From the human T2T-CHM13v2.0 reference genome, Homo sapiens: 64,000 bases of DNA. The translations under genes were made by a program, and so were the position numbers. Within the stretch, counting starts at the first letter, position 1. Every line of letters starts with the position of its first letter. Where the stretch lies: NCBI RefSeq assembly GCF_009914755.1, contig NC_060926.1; one strand, given 5' to 3'. The notes beneath the pieces are model-generated. The model ran no database searches. It had not been told where the DNA came from and saw only the letters and a program-made list of their open reading frames with translations. Of this stretch, positions 50,510 through 64,000 are shown piece by piece.

Positions 50510-52609
50510 TAGTTCTATACACAGCCTACCAAGTTAAGTTTAAACAGAATTCTGGAAAATATACACTTGGAAAGCACTACAGGGGGTGTCCTTTTGGATG
50601 AGCTATGATTGTACAGATTCAGGTGTGTGCTGACAAGAAGGTAAGTTAAGAAGCAACACTCAGGCACCTGTCTCAACATGTTGCTGAGAGTGAGAAGTGT
50701 GTCACCCCTTTTACCTAATGATCCAAAGAGTTGTGTAAATAAGCACCTCACCCATCTCAGTACTTCCCAAGCCACAGGACGGAGTGTGGGAGCGAAGCCC
50801 CTTCATCAAAGCACCAGAAAGATGTCAGCAGAAAAACAAACAGGTCAGTGAAATCAGAGGCAGAGCAGCTAATGGGGTTTTTTTAATGTTACAAATGCAG
50901 GGCAGACTTTGAATTCAAAGGAGAACTTTGTGGCAGGTAAAAGGCATCTTTGCTGTGGAGGAACCAAAGTCTTTAATTAGTGTGCAACTGGGAAGGGAGT
51001 TAGTGGGCAGCAAAGATAAAAATGATGTTTGGAATTCCATGGGGCAGCTTCCACCGCTGATACACAGCTGCCCTTTGCTGGCCTGTGCCAAGAACTGGAC
51101 TGGGCCTCAGAGACCATGTGCAGCACGGGCTGCCACCCACACAGAGGAACGCTTCTCAGCTGGGACTCATCAGTTCCGCCACCCTTTAATCAGTCTTGTC
51201 TTTGGTCTCCAGCCTTATTCATCCTCGTGATAGCAGTTTGCTGTGCCCCAGCGTAATGGCTTGACTTAACTCTCTGTCCTTATGAATACCCTTATTCAGG
51301 ACAATCCTTAAAGGCTGCAGACACAAAAAGGAAATTATTAGCAAGCAGATTATGACTTGGATTGTGTCTGTTTTAGTGCCTTTCCCTGTTTTCATGTCAG
51401 CAGCTTTGCTGGAAGCAGCTGGCATGTCCCCGAAGTGGCTGTTTGTGCCTATCGCTATTGCCTAATTCTAACGAAATCACTAAAAAGCATTTTGTGCTGT
51501 CATAATCGTTTGCATGAGCCATAACTAGCTCTTTCATTATTAAAGCCCCATCCAATGCTTGGGGTAATTTTGATAAGGACTTAATGATATGATGAGCTAT
51601 TTCACCCTCCATTCACATCCAGTGATTCCAGAGCTGACCAATGCATTGTCTTAGAAAATAAAACACAACTTATGCTGGGTCAAAGGTGTAATTCTGAGAT
51701 CAGTGGGAACATATCCAATTCTTCCTTCAGAAATCCCTTATAACTATTAACTCACTCCCCAGAAGCCCCCTGAAATGTGCCTTTATTTGCTGGCAATGAA
51801 ATGTAATGTGTTTGGCTTCCAAGGCCTTGAGGAGCTGCCACCCACTGAGTAATAATCTAATAAAATGACTTCAGGGAGGACGAAACCCCTCTAGGGTCTT
51901 TATTTCGGATCTCCAGAGTCAGTGGTTGTGCCAGCACAACCCAGGGCAGCTCTCTCCTTTCCAGAGGTGAGAATGAACCTAGTGAGGTGTGCCCAGTTTC
52001 CTGGGGACCAGAGGAAAGGATTCAATCCTCATGGGTTCCAGGTTAGAAATGATGATCACAGGAGGGGTCCTGGCCATCGTAGAAATGGTTGTGTTGTGCT
52101 ATGAGGGAAGCATTTTGAGCCTTCACAAAAACAAAAACCAGGAGGTTCTATCACTGAATGATGACCTCTGCACTTTTATTTCTTCGGTTCCTATGAAAGT
52201 ATGCTCCAAGCTGGAGACCTGTGTTGTATTATTCCCATGGCTCCTAGACATGAAAGATAAGTAAGGCTGGATGAAATATGTGTCCACCAAAATCACTGTG
52301 ATTATGGCTGGCCACAGTGACCAGCAGTCTCCTTCTTGTCTCTCACTGTGGTCAAAAGATAATGGTGTGTTTATTCAGCTTGCAAATGGTGAGGTTCTCA
52401 TTTTTCATTTTCCTCTCATCTCTGCGTAACCTTTTAATCACTTCTTTGAAAATTAACACTGCTTTGGAAAAGGCTATCAGAGGAGAGGTGGAGTGGTATT
52501 GAAATCAGGTCTGTCGATATATAACATCTTAATTGGAGAAAAGCTGATGCTAAACCACCTGAAGCTACAAATATTGTCCTCTGAGGCCACATCAGTGAGT
52601 GTGGTGATG

Positions 52610-53125
52610 ATATATCATCACTGAGAAACTGCATTTGGCTGGCAGTAAAAAAAAAAAAAAAAAATTCCAAAATTGAGGCTTCAACAAGACAAGTTGTAAG
52701 AGGTTTTATTTGTAGTTTTTTCCTCTACCACATAAAGAGATGACCACAGAAAGTCTAATGTCTGTCTTCCTAGTATGGGGTTCCACAAATGCCCTCATGG
52801 CATAAAGTAAGCTTTATCCTACTCTTTGGGTAGGACCCTCATCCTCATGGCTTCCTGGCTAGCTGCTGGAGCTCCAACCATCACATCCTCATTCCTCAAC
52901 AAAGAGAAAGGAGTTGGGAAAGTGGAGCTTGGCAATTGAGTCAAAACCCCTAAAAAAGCTTTCCTTAAATCCCTGCCCATACATCTCATTGGCCATTCCT
53001 ATCTATAAGAGACACTTGGAAAAGGAATCTTTACCAGGTCCTATTGCCACCTCTACTCATGTAGGTTGTGTTAGTAAGGAAAAGGAGGGGGTGGATAGGA
53101 GGAAGTCACTCTCAGTCTCTGCCCA
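52610..53125. mobile_element. Old MaLR LTR (MLT1J/K-like)
   Basis: gctgctggagctccaaccatcacatcc, catctcattggcca, end cagtctctgccca. Confidence 0.6.
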
Positions 53126-54011
53126 AGATGATAGATGACCTCTGCACTTTTATTTCTTCGGTTCCTATGAATGTATGCTCCAAGCTGGAGACGTGTTGTA
53201 TTATTCCCATGCTTGGGCAGAAGCCATAGTACCCAGGGCTCCTAGGCATGAAAGATAAGTAAGGTTGGATGAAACTTCTCAAGCTCAAGTTGTCCTAGAG
53301 GTAGGAGTCCTCAGCAGTCAGGCTCCATGTCATAGTGTAAAAGTTAACCACGGAAAGCCAGTAACCATCAGCAATCTATGGTCAGAAGCCCCACCCTCCT
53401 GGTAGCTTCCAATCTCCATGGGGTAGAGCCATGGGGAGTCCACAGAAGTGCAAAAGTCAAGGGGAGGGATGCCAGGTGCCTCTCCCCACTGCACCAAGAG
53501 CAGCCCACTGTGCGCTGCTTTCTATATTCCATGTCCACCTGAGATCATTTTAGCAAAGGTTATATAGCTAAAAACAAAAATAATGATAAACCATGTATGG
53601 CCAACACCTGACCTTAAAAAGCAGCTCCCTAGAGACAGCTCTGTGTGCTCCTGACTGGCAAGCCATGTAGGCTGAGGCAGCAGCTGCCTCCCTCAGCCAC
53701 CCAGATGAGAGTCGCTGCGACTCACTGTATGTCTGTGGCAATCTTCCTTCAATGTTCTGGGCACTGTGGGGTAATCTGGGGCTGACACGTCTGCCATTGC
53801 CCCCAAGAATTTGTAACATTCCTGAGTCCATCGGAGCAGTTAGCAGCTACCAAGTCTGGGTTGAGCTGTCAAGGAAAGCCCAATAGAACAAGATGTACTC
53901 AAGCTAAACTTTGGGTTAACTTTAAACAAAGGAAATACATGAGAATGGTGGGATGCAGACTACAGAGAAAGCCAGGGAACGTGAGTACAGGAAGAAAGTC
54001 AAGAGGAAGAG

Positions 54012-54060
54012 ACAAAAAAACAAAACAAAACCAAAACAAAACAAACAAACAAAAAAACAA
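54012..54060. repeat. (CAAAA)n/(CAAA)n simple repeat
   Basis: Directly visible. Confidence 0.9.
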
Positions 54061-55957
54061 GTTTCTCTCAGCAGTTTGGGGTGAAGATGAAAGAAATCTC
54101 AGCTTTTTGATCACTCCTAAAAATAATAATAATAATCTTTTGATGAGTATTTGCTAGGATGTAAGATATCAAGGACAGTACTGTATGCTTTAACCACATT
54201 ATCCCATTTAATCTTCATAACAACCCTAAAACAATGTACAAGAGAAAACTGTCCTCAGAACTATAAAGTGGCCCAAGGTCACCTCAATTGGGGATTGCCA
54301 GATGAATCTGTTGGATTCCAGAGACCCCATTAGCTGTTCCTGCCTCCCTAAGGAAGCAGAACAGCCGTCCCCTCCAGCCTTGATGTTTATGCTAAAGTCA
54401 ACCCTTGTGACAAACCCTCTCCCAGCCAGGAATCCCCCTCCAGCTTCCTACCAGCTTCCCAGCCAAATTAGGCTCAAATAATACAAATCCATTTTAACGT
54501 TGCCTTAGCAAAGATTACTAGGAAAATAGCATGTTGGCGCAAATCAAAGTTGATGCCTTCGAAAAGAAAACTATCAAATGGCCTGTTCACAAAATATGCT
54601 CCGAGTCCAGACCTGTGACTAAACACTTCATGGAATCAAAAGAACCCAGAAGAGAGGCCCTCCCCTGTACGGGCCAATCCCACTGCACCTCCCCACCCCT
54701 CCAACCTCGCTTAGCCTCAAGGAGCAAGTCTGCTGGGCAGGAGCAGGGGCAGGAGGCCAGGCAGTTCAGCTGGGAAAGGGCTGTTGCCTCAAAGGGAGGG
54801 AAGGGCCCTACCACCAAAGACCATCTCCAATAAGGACTCACTCATAGCCCTGCAAGTCTATAAAAAGGGAAGCACAGACATTCTGGAAGATGTGGAATGA
54901 AACCTTGTATCTCTGTCTTCACTGTTCACTCCTCACTCTTCTTCAGGGGCAAAGGAGGGATCATCTCATGAGACTAGGAGAAACAAAGTAAGCTCAAGGA
55001 GCCCAGCTGCCCAGCAAAGGGCCAGAGCATCTGGCCTCCCTCGCAGGGCAGACTATCCTGGCTGGTGCTGCACTGCACGGAGGCCTCAAGTTTTGGTTGG
55101 GTGAGTTCAGTTAACCCAGGTATCTATAGAAGACTGATTTTTGTTCTGGTTCAAGCTATAGTTCCCAAATCCACCTCAGGAGTGAGAAAGCTGATAGTGT
55201 TCTAATCCACGTGACCCCTGGGTGTATTCCTCTGCAGTTCTGGTCTCAGCCCTAAGGTATGTCTGGGCCTTCAGAAACCCCAGCACATCCAAACTTCTGG
55301 ACCAAACTGAATCTCAATATGTGAAATAGGACTCTTTCACGGGAGTAGATAAGAAGGGGCTGTCACCAGTGCCTCAGGGCTAACACACACTGAGGGCAGA
55401 AGTCCCACCAGGTTAGCCTGGGCCAGCACCCATCACCCCAAGGGACAAAGCTTCAAGCAAGTTCTTTGGAGAACATGGCTGAACCTGAGGTTGAAGTTGG
55501 TTTTCCCACTTCTCTCCTCCCTTCCCCAGATGGAACTTCGGACAGCCAAATCCAGTGAGGTGTGAGCTAACCTCCCCACCCAGTCATGTGCTTACACATG
55601 GGAACAAAACCCAAGAGGGTGGCCAGCCTTCAGCCCAGTGCCCAGGGATGAAACATGGCCCAAGAAATAACACCACCACCATCAGCTGTCCATGCTTCCA
55701 CCTCAAGCACTGAGCAAGATCCTCTGGCAAATGACCTCACTGGGAGGTAAAGAGGAAAGCGCTATTGTCAACTCCATTCTTCAGGTGAGGAAACCCAGTA
55801 AAGGGAGGTTAGAAAGCCCACCCCAAGTGACAGTGCAGTGTCAGGCTGTCACCTATCAGATCAGCAATGGCCCTCTGCTGGGGAGCACAGGGAAAGAGGG
55901 ACAGGAGCTCCTCTTGGCAGCCTTGTCTCTTGGGAGAGTAAGCATGGATGCCCTATT

Positions 55958-56240
55958 CTTTTGTTTGTTTTTTTCTTATACTTTAAGTTCTGGGATTCAT
56001 GTGCAGAATGTGCAGGTTTGTTACATAGGTATACACGTGCCATAGTTGTTTGCTGCACCCATCAACCTGTCATCTACATTAGGTATTTCTCCTAATGCTA
56101 TCCCTCCCCTAGCCCCCCACCCCCCGACAGGCCCTGGTGTGTGATGTGTTCTCATTCATTGTTCAACTCCCACTTATAAGTGAGAACATGCGATGTTTGG
56201 TTTTCTGTTCTTGTGTTAGTTTGCTGAGAATGATGGTTTA
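55958..56240 (-). mobile_element. L1PA 3' end fragment, antisense
   Basis: tatactttaagttctggg...ggtatttctcctaatgctatccctcccc...gtgagaacatgcg. Confidence 0.95.
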
Positions 56241-57102
56241 TGGACTAGCTCTCATTCCATTCCAACTCCCTGCACTGTGACTGGGTGGGTAAGGCAGGTG
56301 AGACCTGCCTTGGGCTTCTCATCTCTTACAGCATCATTGTCCCATCTCCGTGCTGCTCTTCCCCTCCCATCCCCAGTATCCCACATTCTCACGAGATCTA
56401 AAAAGCTTCTATTCTATTTCTGCTCTCTACCCAGGCCAGCCCTGGGCTCCAGAATCACCTCTCTCTCCCCTCTGCTACATTGTTCACCATCAGGTTAGGC
56501 TGAATGCTTCCTGGCCCACTCCACCCTCCACCAGACCCACCCGGGCACCCCCAGAGTACAGGGCACAGCCAGCCCTCCCTGTTCTCGCACTGGAGCAAGC
56601 AGTTGGGCTTGTAGTCATTGAGCAGCTCTCAGGTCTTTGGAGCAGTTCATCCTTTTGCTGAGTAAAGCATTTTCCCAAAGTGCGTTCCTTGGAACATTAG
56701 CTCTGCAAGTCATCCCTAAAAAAGTTTATGATCAAATAAGTCTGGAAAATACAGCGTAGTGTATTTCTCTGGGAGATTCACAATACTTCTAATGTTCATA
56801 TTGAAGGCTCAGAGAAGACTTACAGTAAATATTGGATTCAGAAATCCAGTATCTCTGAAATAAGAGAGTACATAAAAGTTATTTTTCCCTACTCATAGCT
56901 GAAGGTGCTTTTTTTCTTACATAATCTATACATTTATAATTAAAATATATCTTCTTGACTGTAAGGTCCCCTTAAATTCAAAATAGCCTAATTCAAATCC
57001 AGACCCATTTGCTCATTCTGTAAATGTCAAGAGTGAGCATATAATGTGGCCCAGATCCCCTGATGCCACATGATGTGGGGTGCTCTATAGACTCAGTAAT
57101 GT

Positions 57103-57574
57103 CAGTAGTTCTCAAATTTTTGGTCTCAGAATTCCTTTACATTCTTAGAAAATACTGAAAAATCCAGCAAACTTTAGTTTATGGGGGTTATTGGAAATTT
57201 TAAAACTACCTAATAATACATTTTTAAAAATAAGTTCATTATATGCTAACATAAATTATATATTTTATGAAAAATAACTATTTTTCAAAAAATCAGGAAG
57301 CATAATGACAGCATTTTACATGTTTGCAAGTCTCTTTCCTGTCTGGCATAAGAGAAGACAGCTGGATTCTCATACCTGCTTCTGCACTCAAACTGTTGCG
57401 ACATCACACATCATGTAGCCTCCAGAACACACCAGTCTACACTCATGAGAGAGTAAGAGTGAAAAGGGAAATTGACATGTTAGCATCATGATAATAGTTT
57501 TGATCTTGTGGCCTACCCCAAAAAAGAGTCTCTAAGACCGCTGGGGTCCCCATACCACACTTCAAGAACCACTG
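57103..57574. mobile_element. hAT-Charlie non-autonomous DNA transposon
   Basis: Terminal inverted repeats cagtagttctcaa / tcaagaaccactg. Confidence 0.8.
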
Positions 57575-58464
57575 CTTGGGCTAAGTGACCCAGTGCCTCC
57601 TTACTCTGCATACCCATGAGGGGGTGAAGGGATGGATGTGTCTCCGTGGCTCCTGAGATTAACAGGTTCACAACCCGGAATGGGGCCACCTCTCAGAGAA
57701 CCCTGGGGTGGGGCTACCTAGAAGTCAGCCTGTGCTGTCATCCACTATGGCCCAACCAGGCTGATGCCTTTTTCTGTCCCCTCCCCACCACTTCTCACCA
57801 TGGTTCCTGGGCCCAGAGGAATAGGGTTCACTTTGCATGATCTTGACTCAGAGGTTTTTAAAGGGCTTTGATGTATAGAATTTCATTAAAGCCATAGGGC
57901 CCTGAGGTAGTCATTGTCCAAACACAGATATTGCCTTCATCTGTAAGCTGCCTAATTCCTGCAAAAATGGATTTAAGTTTTATCTATAATCCATGCTCTG
58001 TTCTACAGGGTGTCAGTGGGTCTATGATATGAGCAAGCCAAGATCTATCTTTTGTTCTTCTTCACACATAGAACAAGATGAAACAGTGTTTCATCTTTGC
58101 CCTGGGGAGGTTTTTAGACTAGACAGAAAAGGGACAGAGAGAAAGGAAGACACCAGCCTCAGCAGATCTGAGCATAAAGGCCACATGCTGTTGGCACCCG
58201 CACACCCCAAGGCAGGGGCCCCCTCCCTTGGGCCAACTTCCTAAGATGGAGTGAGAGATGGGTCTAGAAGAATAAGGCCTGGGTTGGTCCTCATTCTGTA
58301 GAGGCCACAGGTGAACAGTCAGACACAACTAACAAATTTTCTGCTTTGGGCCAAAATGAGAGAAAAGGAAGGCCTGGGGACCCCTCTTGTACCATGGCAG
58401 TAGGGACACCCTTGTTCCCACAGGCAAGAACCTGCATTTATGAAGCTCAGATTGGAAGGTCTGA

Positions 58465-58655
58465 TTTTGGAGTTAAATGGCTAGGATATAGATCCCATTA
58501 GCCACTAACTACTGGGGTGACCTTGAGCAAAGTACATGGCCCTTCTGAGTCTCAGTTTCATCATCTGTAAAATGGGTTATTGTAGGATTGGCTGAGATCA
58601 TGCATGTAAAGCACTTACCATGGTGCCTACAGTAAGCACTCACTAAATGCTAGCC
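58465..58655 (+). mobile_element. MIR SINE
   Basis: gtgaccttgagcaa...tctgagtctcagtttcatcatctgtaaaatggg...gtaagcactcactaaatgctagc. Confidence 0.9.
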
Positions 58656-58855
58656 AGTATTCCATACTCCTGCTCACCTTCTAACATCTCAATAAATGCT
58701 GGCCAGTATTCCATACTCCCACTCACCTTCTAACATCTCATAAATGCCTTCTAACATCTCAATAAATGCTGGCCAGTGTTCCATACTCCCGCTCACCTTC
58801 TAACATCTCAATAAACGCTGACCAGTATTCCATACTCCCGCTCACCTTCTAACAT
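58644..58855. repeat. 49-bp minisatellite, about 4 copies plus a 22-bp partial unit
   Basis: Unit taaatgctggccagtattccatactcccgctcaccttctaacatctcaa, starting at 58644, 58693, 58763 and 58812; partial unit at 58741. Confidence 0.95.
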
Positions 58856-59354
58856 GATTAGAGAAGTAAAAGTGCAGGCCCAGCCTTAATGTTTGCAGAG
58901 CTCAGTGCAATACAAACTTAATTCTGGACACCGTACAGATACATAGATATTTTAAAGATATATCTGCTAACAAACTGTTACATAAACTGTGTCTCATATG
59001 TTTATCTTAATTATTTTTTCATAACAACAAAATTTTTAAAGTATCCATGAAGGTATGATTTTTTTATATGACTAAAAGTTTGCAAAATGTAAAATATGAT
59101 TGAATTTTATTATTGCATATATCTCATTCAGGGAAAGCATTATTTGGATGAGTAATAAATACAAACACAATTTATTATTATAAATATTTCATAAAACACT
59201 TCCTCCCTTTATTTTGGCAAAGTCACTGATGATTTATGGTCAATATTTTTACATAATTTTTGTTCTATTAACATTTAAATTAGAAAATAAAATGTAATTA
59301 TATTTAAATTGTTGTATATTCAAAAAGTAGAAATAGATTTTTATCAAGGTATAA

Positions 59355-59720
<366 letters not shown>

Positions 59721-60074
59721 TGAATATATTCAAGATGATAAGGCAAATTATACATTTTAATGTATTAATATAAAATTTTAAATCAAATAATTTAAATAAA
59801 GCTGCCATTAATTTAACTTTTAAATTTTCAATTAAATATTTCACCTATTTTGACAAATACGAAACTTTTCATAATTCTAGCATGTATATCTACCTAGTAC
59901 CAGAATAATCATTTTCATGTTTCGTGCATGTTACTTTTAGACTGTCATGCATTAAAATTTAAAGTAACTTGAATTAATACTGCACGTGTTCCTCAATCAC
60001 CATGTGCAACTGTTGTGTATACAGTGCTCCTTATTTACTACTGTGGGAACCACACATTAGAACTTGAAGAGACG

Positions 60075-61260
60075 ACAACAAAAATCAACCAATTTAAAAA
60101 TGGGCAAAGAAGTTGATTAGACATTTCTCCAAAGATGATATATAAATAGCTAACAAGCATTTGCAAATATGCCCAACATTACTAATCATCAGAGAAATGC
60201 AAATCAGAACCACAATGAGATATCACCTCACACCCATTAGGATTGCCAATGTAAAAAGTAAAATAAAATAAAAGCAGAAGTGTTGGGAAGGAGGTAGAGA
60301 AATTGGAACCATTGTGGACTGTTAGTGGGACTATAAAATGGTGCAACCATTATGAAAAACAGCTTCCTCAAAAATTAAAAATAGAACTACCATATGATCC
60401 AGCAATCTCACTTCTGGGTATACATCCAAAAGGATTTAAAGCAGGATCTCAAGAAGATATTTGCACACCCCTGCTTACAGCAGCAGTAGTCACAATAGCC
60501 AAGAGGTAGAAGTGACCCAAATGTCTATCAATGGATGAATGCATGAACAAAATGTGGTATACACATACAATGGAATATTATTCATCTTTAAAAAGGAAGG
60601 AGGCCAGGCACAGTTGCTCATGCCTGTATTCCCAGCAATTTGGGAGGCCAAGGCAGGAGGATTGCTTGAGCTCAGGAGTTGGAGACCAACCTGGGCAACA
60701 CAGTGAAACCCCGTCTCTACAAAAAATACAAAAATTAGCCAGGCCTGGTGGCACGTGCCTGTAATTCCAGCTATTCGGGAGCCTGAAGCAAGAGGATCAG
60801 TTGAGTTCAGGAGGCAAAGGTCACCGTGAGCCAGGATTGCACCACTGCATTCCAGCCTGGGTGACAGATTGAGACCTCATCTCAAAGAAAACAATCCTGT
60901 CACGAGCTACAGCATGGATGAACCTTGAGGACATTATGCTAAGTAAAATAAGCCAGTCACAAAAAGACAAATGCTGTCTAATTATATAAGTTTCTATATA
61001 AGATTCTAATTATATAAGTTTCTAAAGTAGTTGAATTTATTTAAAAAAAAAAAGAAAGAATGGTGATTACCAGGGACTGAGGGCAAGAAGAAAGGGAAGT
61101 TGTTATTTAATAGGTATTGAGTTTCAGATTTGCAAAATGAAAAAGTTCTGGAGATCTGTTTCACAACAATGTGAATATATTTAACATATTGAACTGTACA
61201 CTTAAAATGGTAAATATAGTAAATTTTACATTATGTGTTTTTTACCACAATTTTAAAAAA
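60075..61260 (+). mobile_element. L1MB-like 3' end interrupted by an Alu
   Basis: ORF2 C-terminal remnant (LKIELPYDPAISLLGIHPK) and 3'UTR ending ttttaccacaattttaaaaaa. Confidence 0.9.
60602..60891 (+). mobile_element. Alu (AluJ-like) inside L1
   Basis: ggccaggcacagttgctcatg...gaggattgcttgagctcaggag. Confidence 0.93.
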
Positions 61261-62419
61261 CAGTATATATCTAATTTTTTCCTCTAAATAGTTATGGTCA
61301 GTCAGTAGTCAAACCTTTGGGATTTGGGAAAAACACTACATATATTGCCAAAAAGATACACATTGAGAAATATAAAAATAAAATGATCTCAGTAAAATAG
61401 AAGTAACGGTGAACTTCCTCAACTTGCTGAAGAACATCTACAAAAAGCCTACAGCTAACATCAATGGTAAGAAAATCTAAGATTTCCCACTAAGGTCAGG
61501 AATAAGGCAAGGATGTCTCCTCTCACCACTGATTTTCAACATTGTACTGGAAGTCCTAGTTAAAGCAATAAGACAAGAAAAGAAAATCAAAAGTACATGG
61601 ATTGGGAAGAAATAAAGAAAACTTTTTTTTTCACAGATGCCATGAACATTTATGTAGAAAATCCAAAATAACTCACCCCAAAAGCCCTCCCAGAACTAAG
61701 TGATTATAGCCAAGTTGAAGAGTACAAAATTAAACAAACAAAAGTCATTTGCTTTCCTTTATACCTGTGATGATTAAGTGGATTTTGGAATTTAAGATAC
61801 ATTGCCATTTATATTAGCACACCCCCCAAAAAAATTCTTAGGTATGAGTCTAGCAAAGTATGTGCAAGATCTATATGAGGAAAACCACAAAACTCTGATG
61901 AGAGAAATAGAAGAAATAAACAGAGAGATAGTCCATGAGATTGTCAAGCTGTCAATTCTTCCCAACTTGATCTATAGATTCAATGGAGCCCCAATCAAAA
62001 CCTCAGCAGGTTACTTTGTAGATATTAACAAACTGAATCTAAAATTTATACAGAGATGCAAAAGACCCAGAATAGCCAACTCAATATTGAAGGAGAACAA
62101 AATTCGAAGACTGACACTCCCCAACTTCAACACTTACTATCAAAGCTACAGTAATTAAGACAATGTGATATTGATAAAAGGATAGACAAATAGAGGAGAG
62201 AACTCACAAATAGACCCACATAAATATGTTTTACTAATCTTTGACAAAGGGGCAAGAGCAATACAATAGGGCAAAGATCATCTTAAATAAAATGGTGCTG
62301 GAATGACAGACTATCCACAGGCAAAAAGATGAACTAAACACAGATCTTATACTGTTTATGATAATTGATTTAAAATGGATTGTAGAACTAAATAAAATGC
62401 AAAACTATAAAATTCCTAG

Positions 62420-62521
62420 AAGGATCGCTTGAGCCTAGGAGATTGCGGCTGCTGTGAGCCTTTATTGCAACATTGCACTCCAGCCTGGGCAACACAGCAA
62501 GACACTCTAAAAAAAAAAAAA
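62420..62521 (+). mobile_element. 5'-truncated Alu fragment
   Basis: ggatcgcttgagcctagg...cactccagcctgggcaacacagcaagac plus poly(A). Confidence 0.9.
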
Positions 62522-62824
62522 CCTGAAAACAGAAAAACTAGAAAACAGAGGAGAAAATAATTTGGAGTATGGAAATAACTTTTTAGATATAGCACCAAAG
62601 ACATAATCCATGAAAGAACTAATTGAGAAACTATACTTCGTTAAAATTAAAAACCTGCTCTGCAAAAGACAAGGTCAAGAGAATGAGAAGACAAGCCATA
62701 AACTGGGAGAAAATATTTGCAAAAGAGGCATCTGATAAAGGACTGTTATCCAAAAATATATGAAAAAATTCTTAAAACTCAGCAATAAGAAAACAAACAA
62801 CCCAACTAAAAATGGGCAAAAACC

Positions 62825-63252
62825 ATTAATGATAGACTGGATAAAGAAAATGTGGTACATATACACCATGGATTACTATGCAGCCATAAAAAGGAATGAG
62901 ATCACGTCCTTTGCAGGGACATGGATGAAGCTGGAAGCCATCATCCTCAGCAAACTAACACAGGAACAGAAAACCAAACACCATATATTCTCACTCGTAA
63001 GTGGAGTTGAACAATGAGAACACATGGACACAGGGAGGGGAACAATACACACCAGGGCCAGTCAAGGGGTGGGGAAGAAGAGGACGGAGACCATTAGGAC
63101 AAATAGCTCCTGCATACTGGGCTTAAAACCTAGATGACAGGTTGATAGGTGCAGCAAACCACCATGGCACACATATACCTATGTAACAAACCTACACTTT
63201 CTGCACACGTATTCCGGAACTTAAAGCAAAAAAATTAATTAATTTAATTTTT
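62825..63252 (+). mobile_element. 5'-truncated L1PA 3' end nested in the older L1, with 18-bp TSD
   Basis: TSD taaaaatgggcaaaaacc at 62807-62824 and 63253-63270; DWIKKMWYIYTMDYYAAIK ORF2 tail. Confidence 0.93.
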
Positions 63253-64000
63253 TAAAAATGGGCAAAAACCTTGAACAAACATCTCACCAAATAAGATATG
63301 CAGATGATAAGTAAGTATATGAAAAGATGTTAACATCATATGTCATTAGGGAAATGCAAATTAAAACAATGATATCCCACTACATGCCTATTAGAATGGC
63401 CAAAATCCAAAACCTTGACACAAAATGCTGATTAGGATGTGGAGCTGTTGTTCCACAATGAACTCTTATTCATTGCTGGTGGGAATACAAAATGATACAG
63501 TCACTTTGGAAGACAGTTTGGCAATTTCTTATAAAACTAAACATAGTCTTGTCATACAATCTAGTTGCACCTCTTGGTATTTACTCAAAGGAACTAAAAA
63601 CTACTGTCCGCACAAAAACCTGCACGTGGATGTTTCTAGTGCCTTTATCCATAACTGTCAAAAACTAGTGAGTGGATAAGTTGTGGTGTACACAGACAAC
63701 GGAAAACAATTCAGGCCATTGCAGCACAGAGAAAGTAAAAAGGCAAAATATATAAATTAATAATTCAAGAGACTAGACAATAACCTGAAATAAAGTTGAG
63801 CATAGGATAGATGTATATTTCAGTCCATCTCTCCTGTGAAATGTGGAAAACCAGATTTATGAGCTAAGTTCTGCCTCCAGGAGGATTTCCCTTCACCACT
63901 ACCTTTCAGAGCCATACTTGTGTTAGATTATAATGATTATTCCAGAATAAAATGCAGACCTATCCAAAGAAGAGAAGGACAGGATGAGGAGGAGGAGGAG

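Larger units (their letters stand above)
61400..63710 (+). mobile_element. Degenerate L1M ORF2 region with nested insertions
   Basis: Remnant peptide KYVQDLYEENHKTLMREIEE...ILPNLIYRFN..PIK; many stops and frameshifts. Confidence 0.9.

Noticed and set aside
58644-58855. Regular repeats that could suggest a CRISPR array
   Set aside because: Head-to-tail tandem units with no unique spacers, no cas genes, and a mammalian context
60303-63679. ORFs resembling reverse transcriptase/ORF2p
   Set aside because: Short broken remnants of dead L1 copies; no intact ORF2

Overview
This is primate DNA, almost certainly human, not microbial. It holds the 3' half of PKP4 (plakophilin-4/p0071, a p120-catenin-family armadillo protein) on the + strand. 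Thirteen coding exons (5447-45500) splice in consistent phase into 671 codons plus a stop. They cover the ARM repeats and the tail, which ends in the PDZ-binding motif DSWV; one intron is GC-AG. Next come a 3'UTR with several poly(A) signals and about 17 kb of repeat-rich flank. Most non-exonic sequence is Alu, L1, L2, MIR, MaLR LTR and hAT MITE remnants, and nearly all other ORFs in the track are spurious. I see no clearly new gene system. The most interesting signal is a set of sequence features that could switch the PKP4 C-terminus: a 129-nt cassette exon flanked by RBFOX motifs, an intronic poly(A) site with a UGUA array, a candidate in-frame alternative last exon, and a possible 19-aa stop readthrough. 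Also notable are local duplications at about 0.9-1 kb spacing (one copies a Pumilio element from the 3'UTR), two perfect hairpins, a MIR-tail-derived minisatellite and an antisense L2-derived 155-aa ORF. Repeat boundaries and subfamily calls were made by eye and are approximate.
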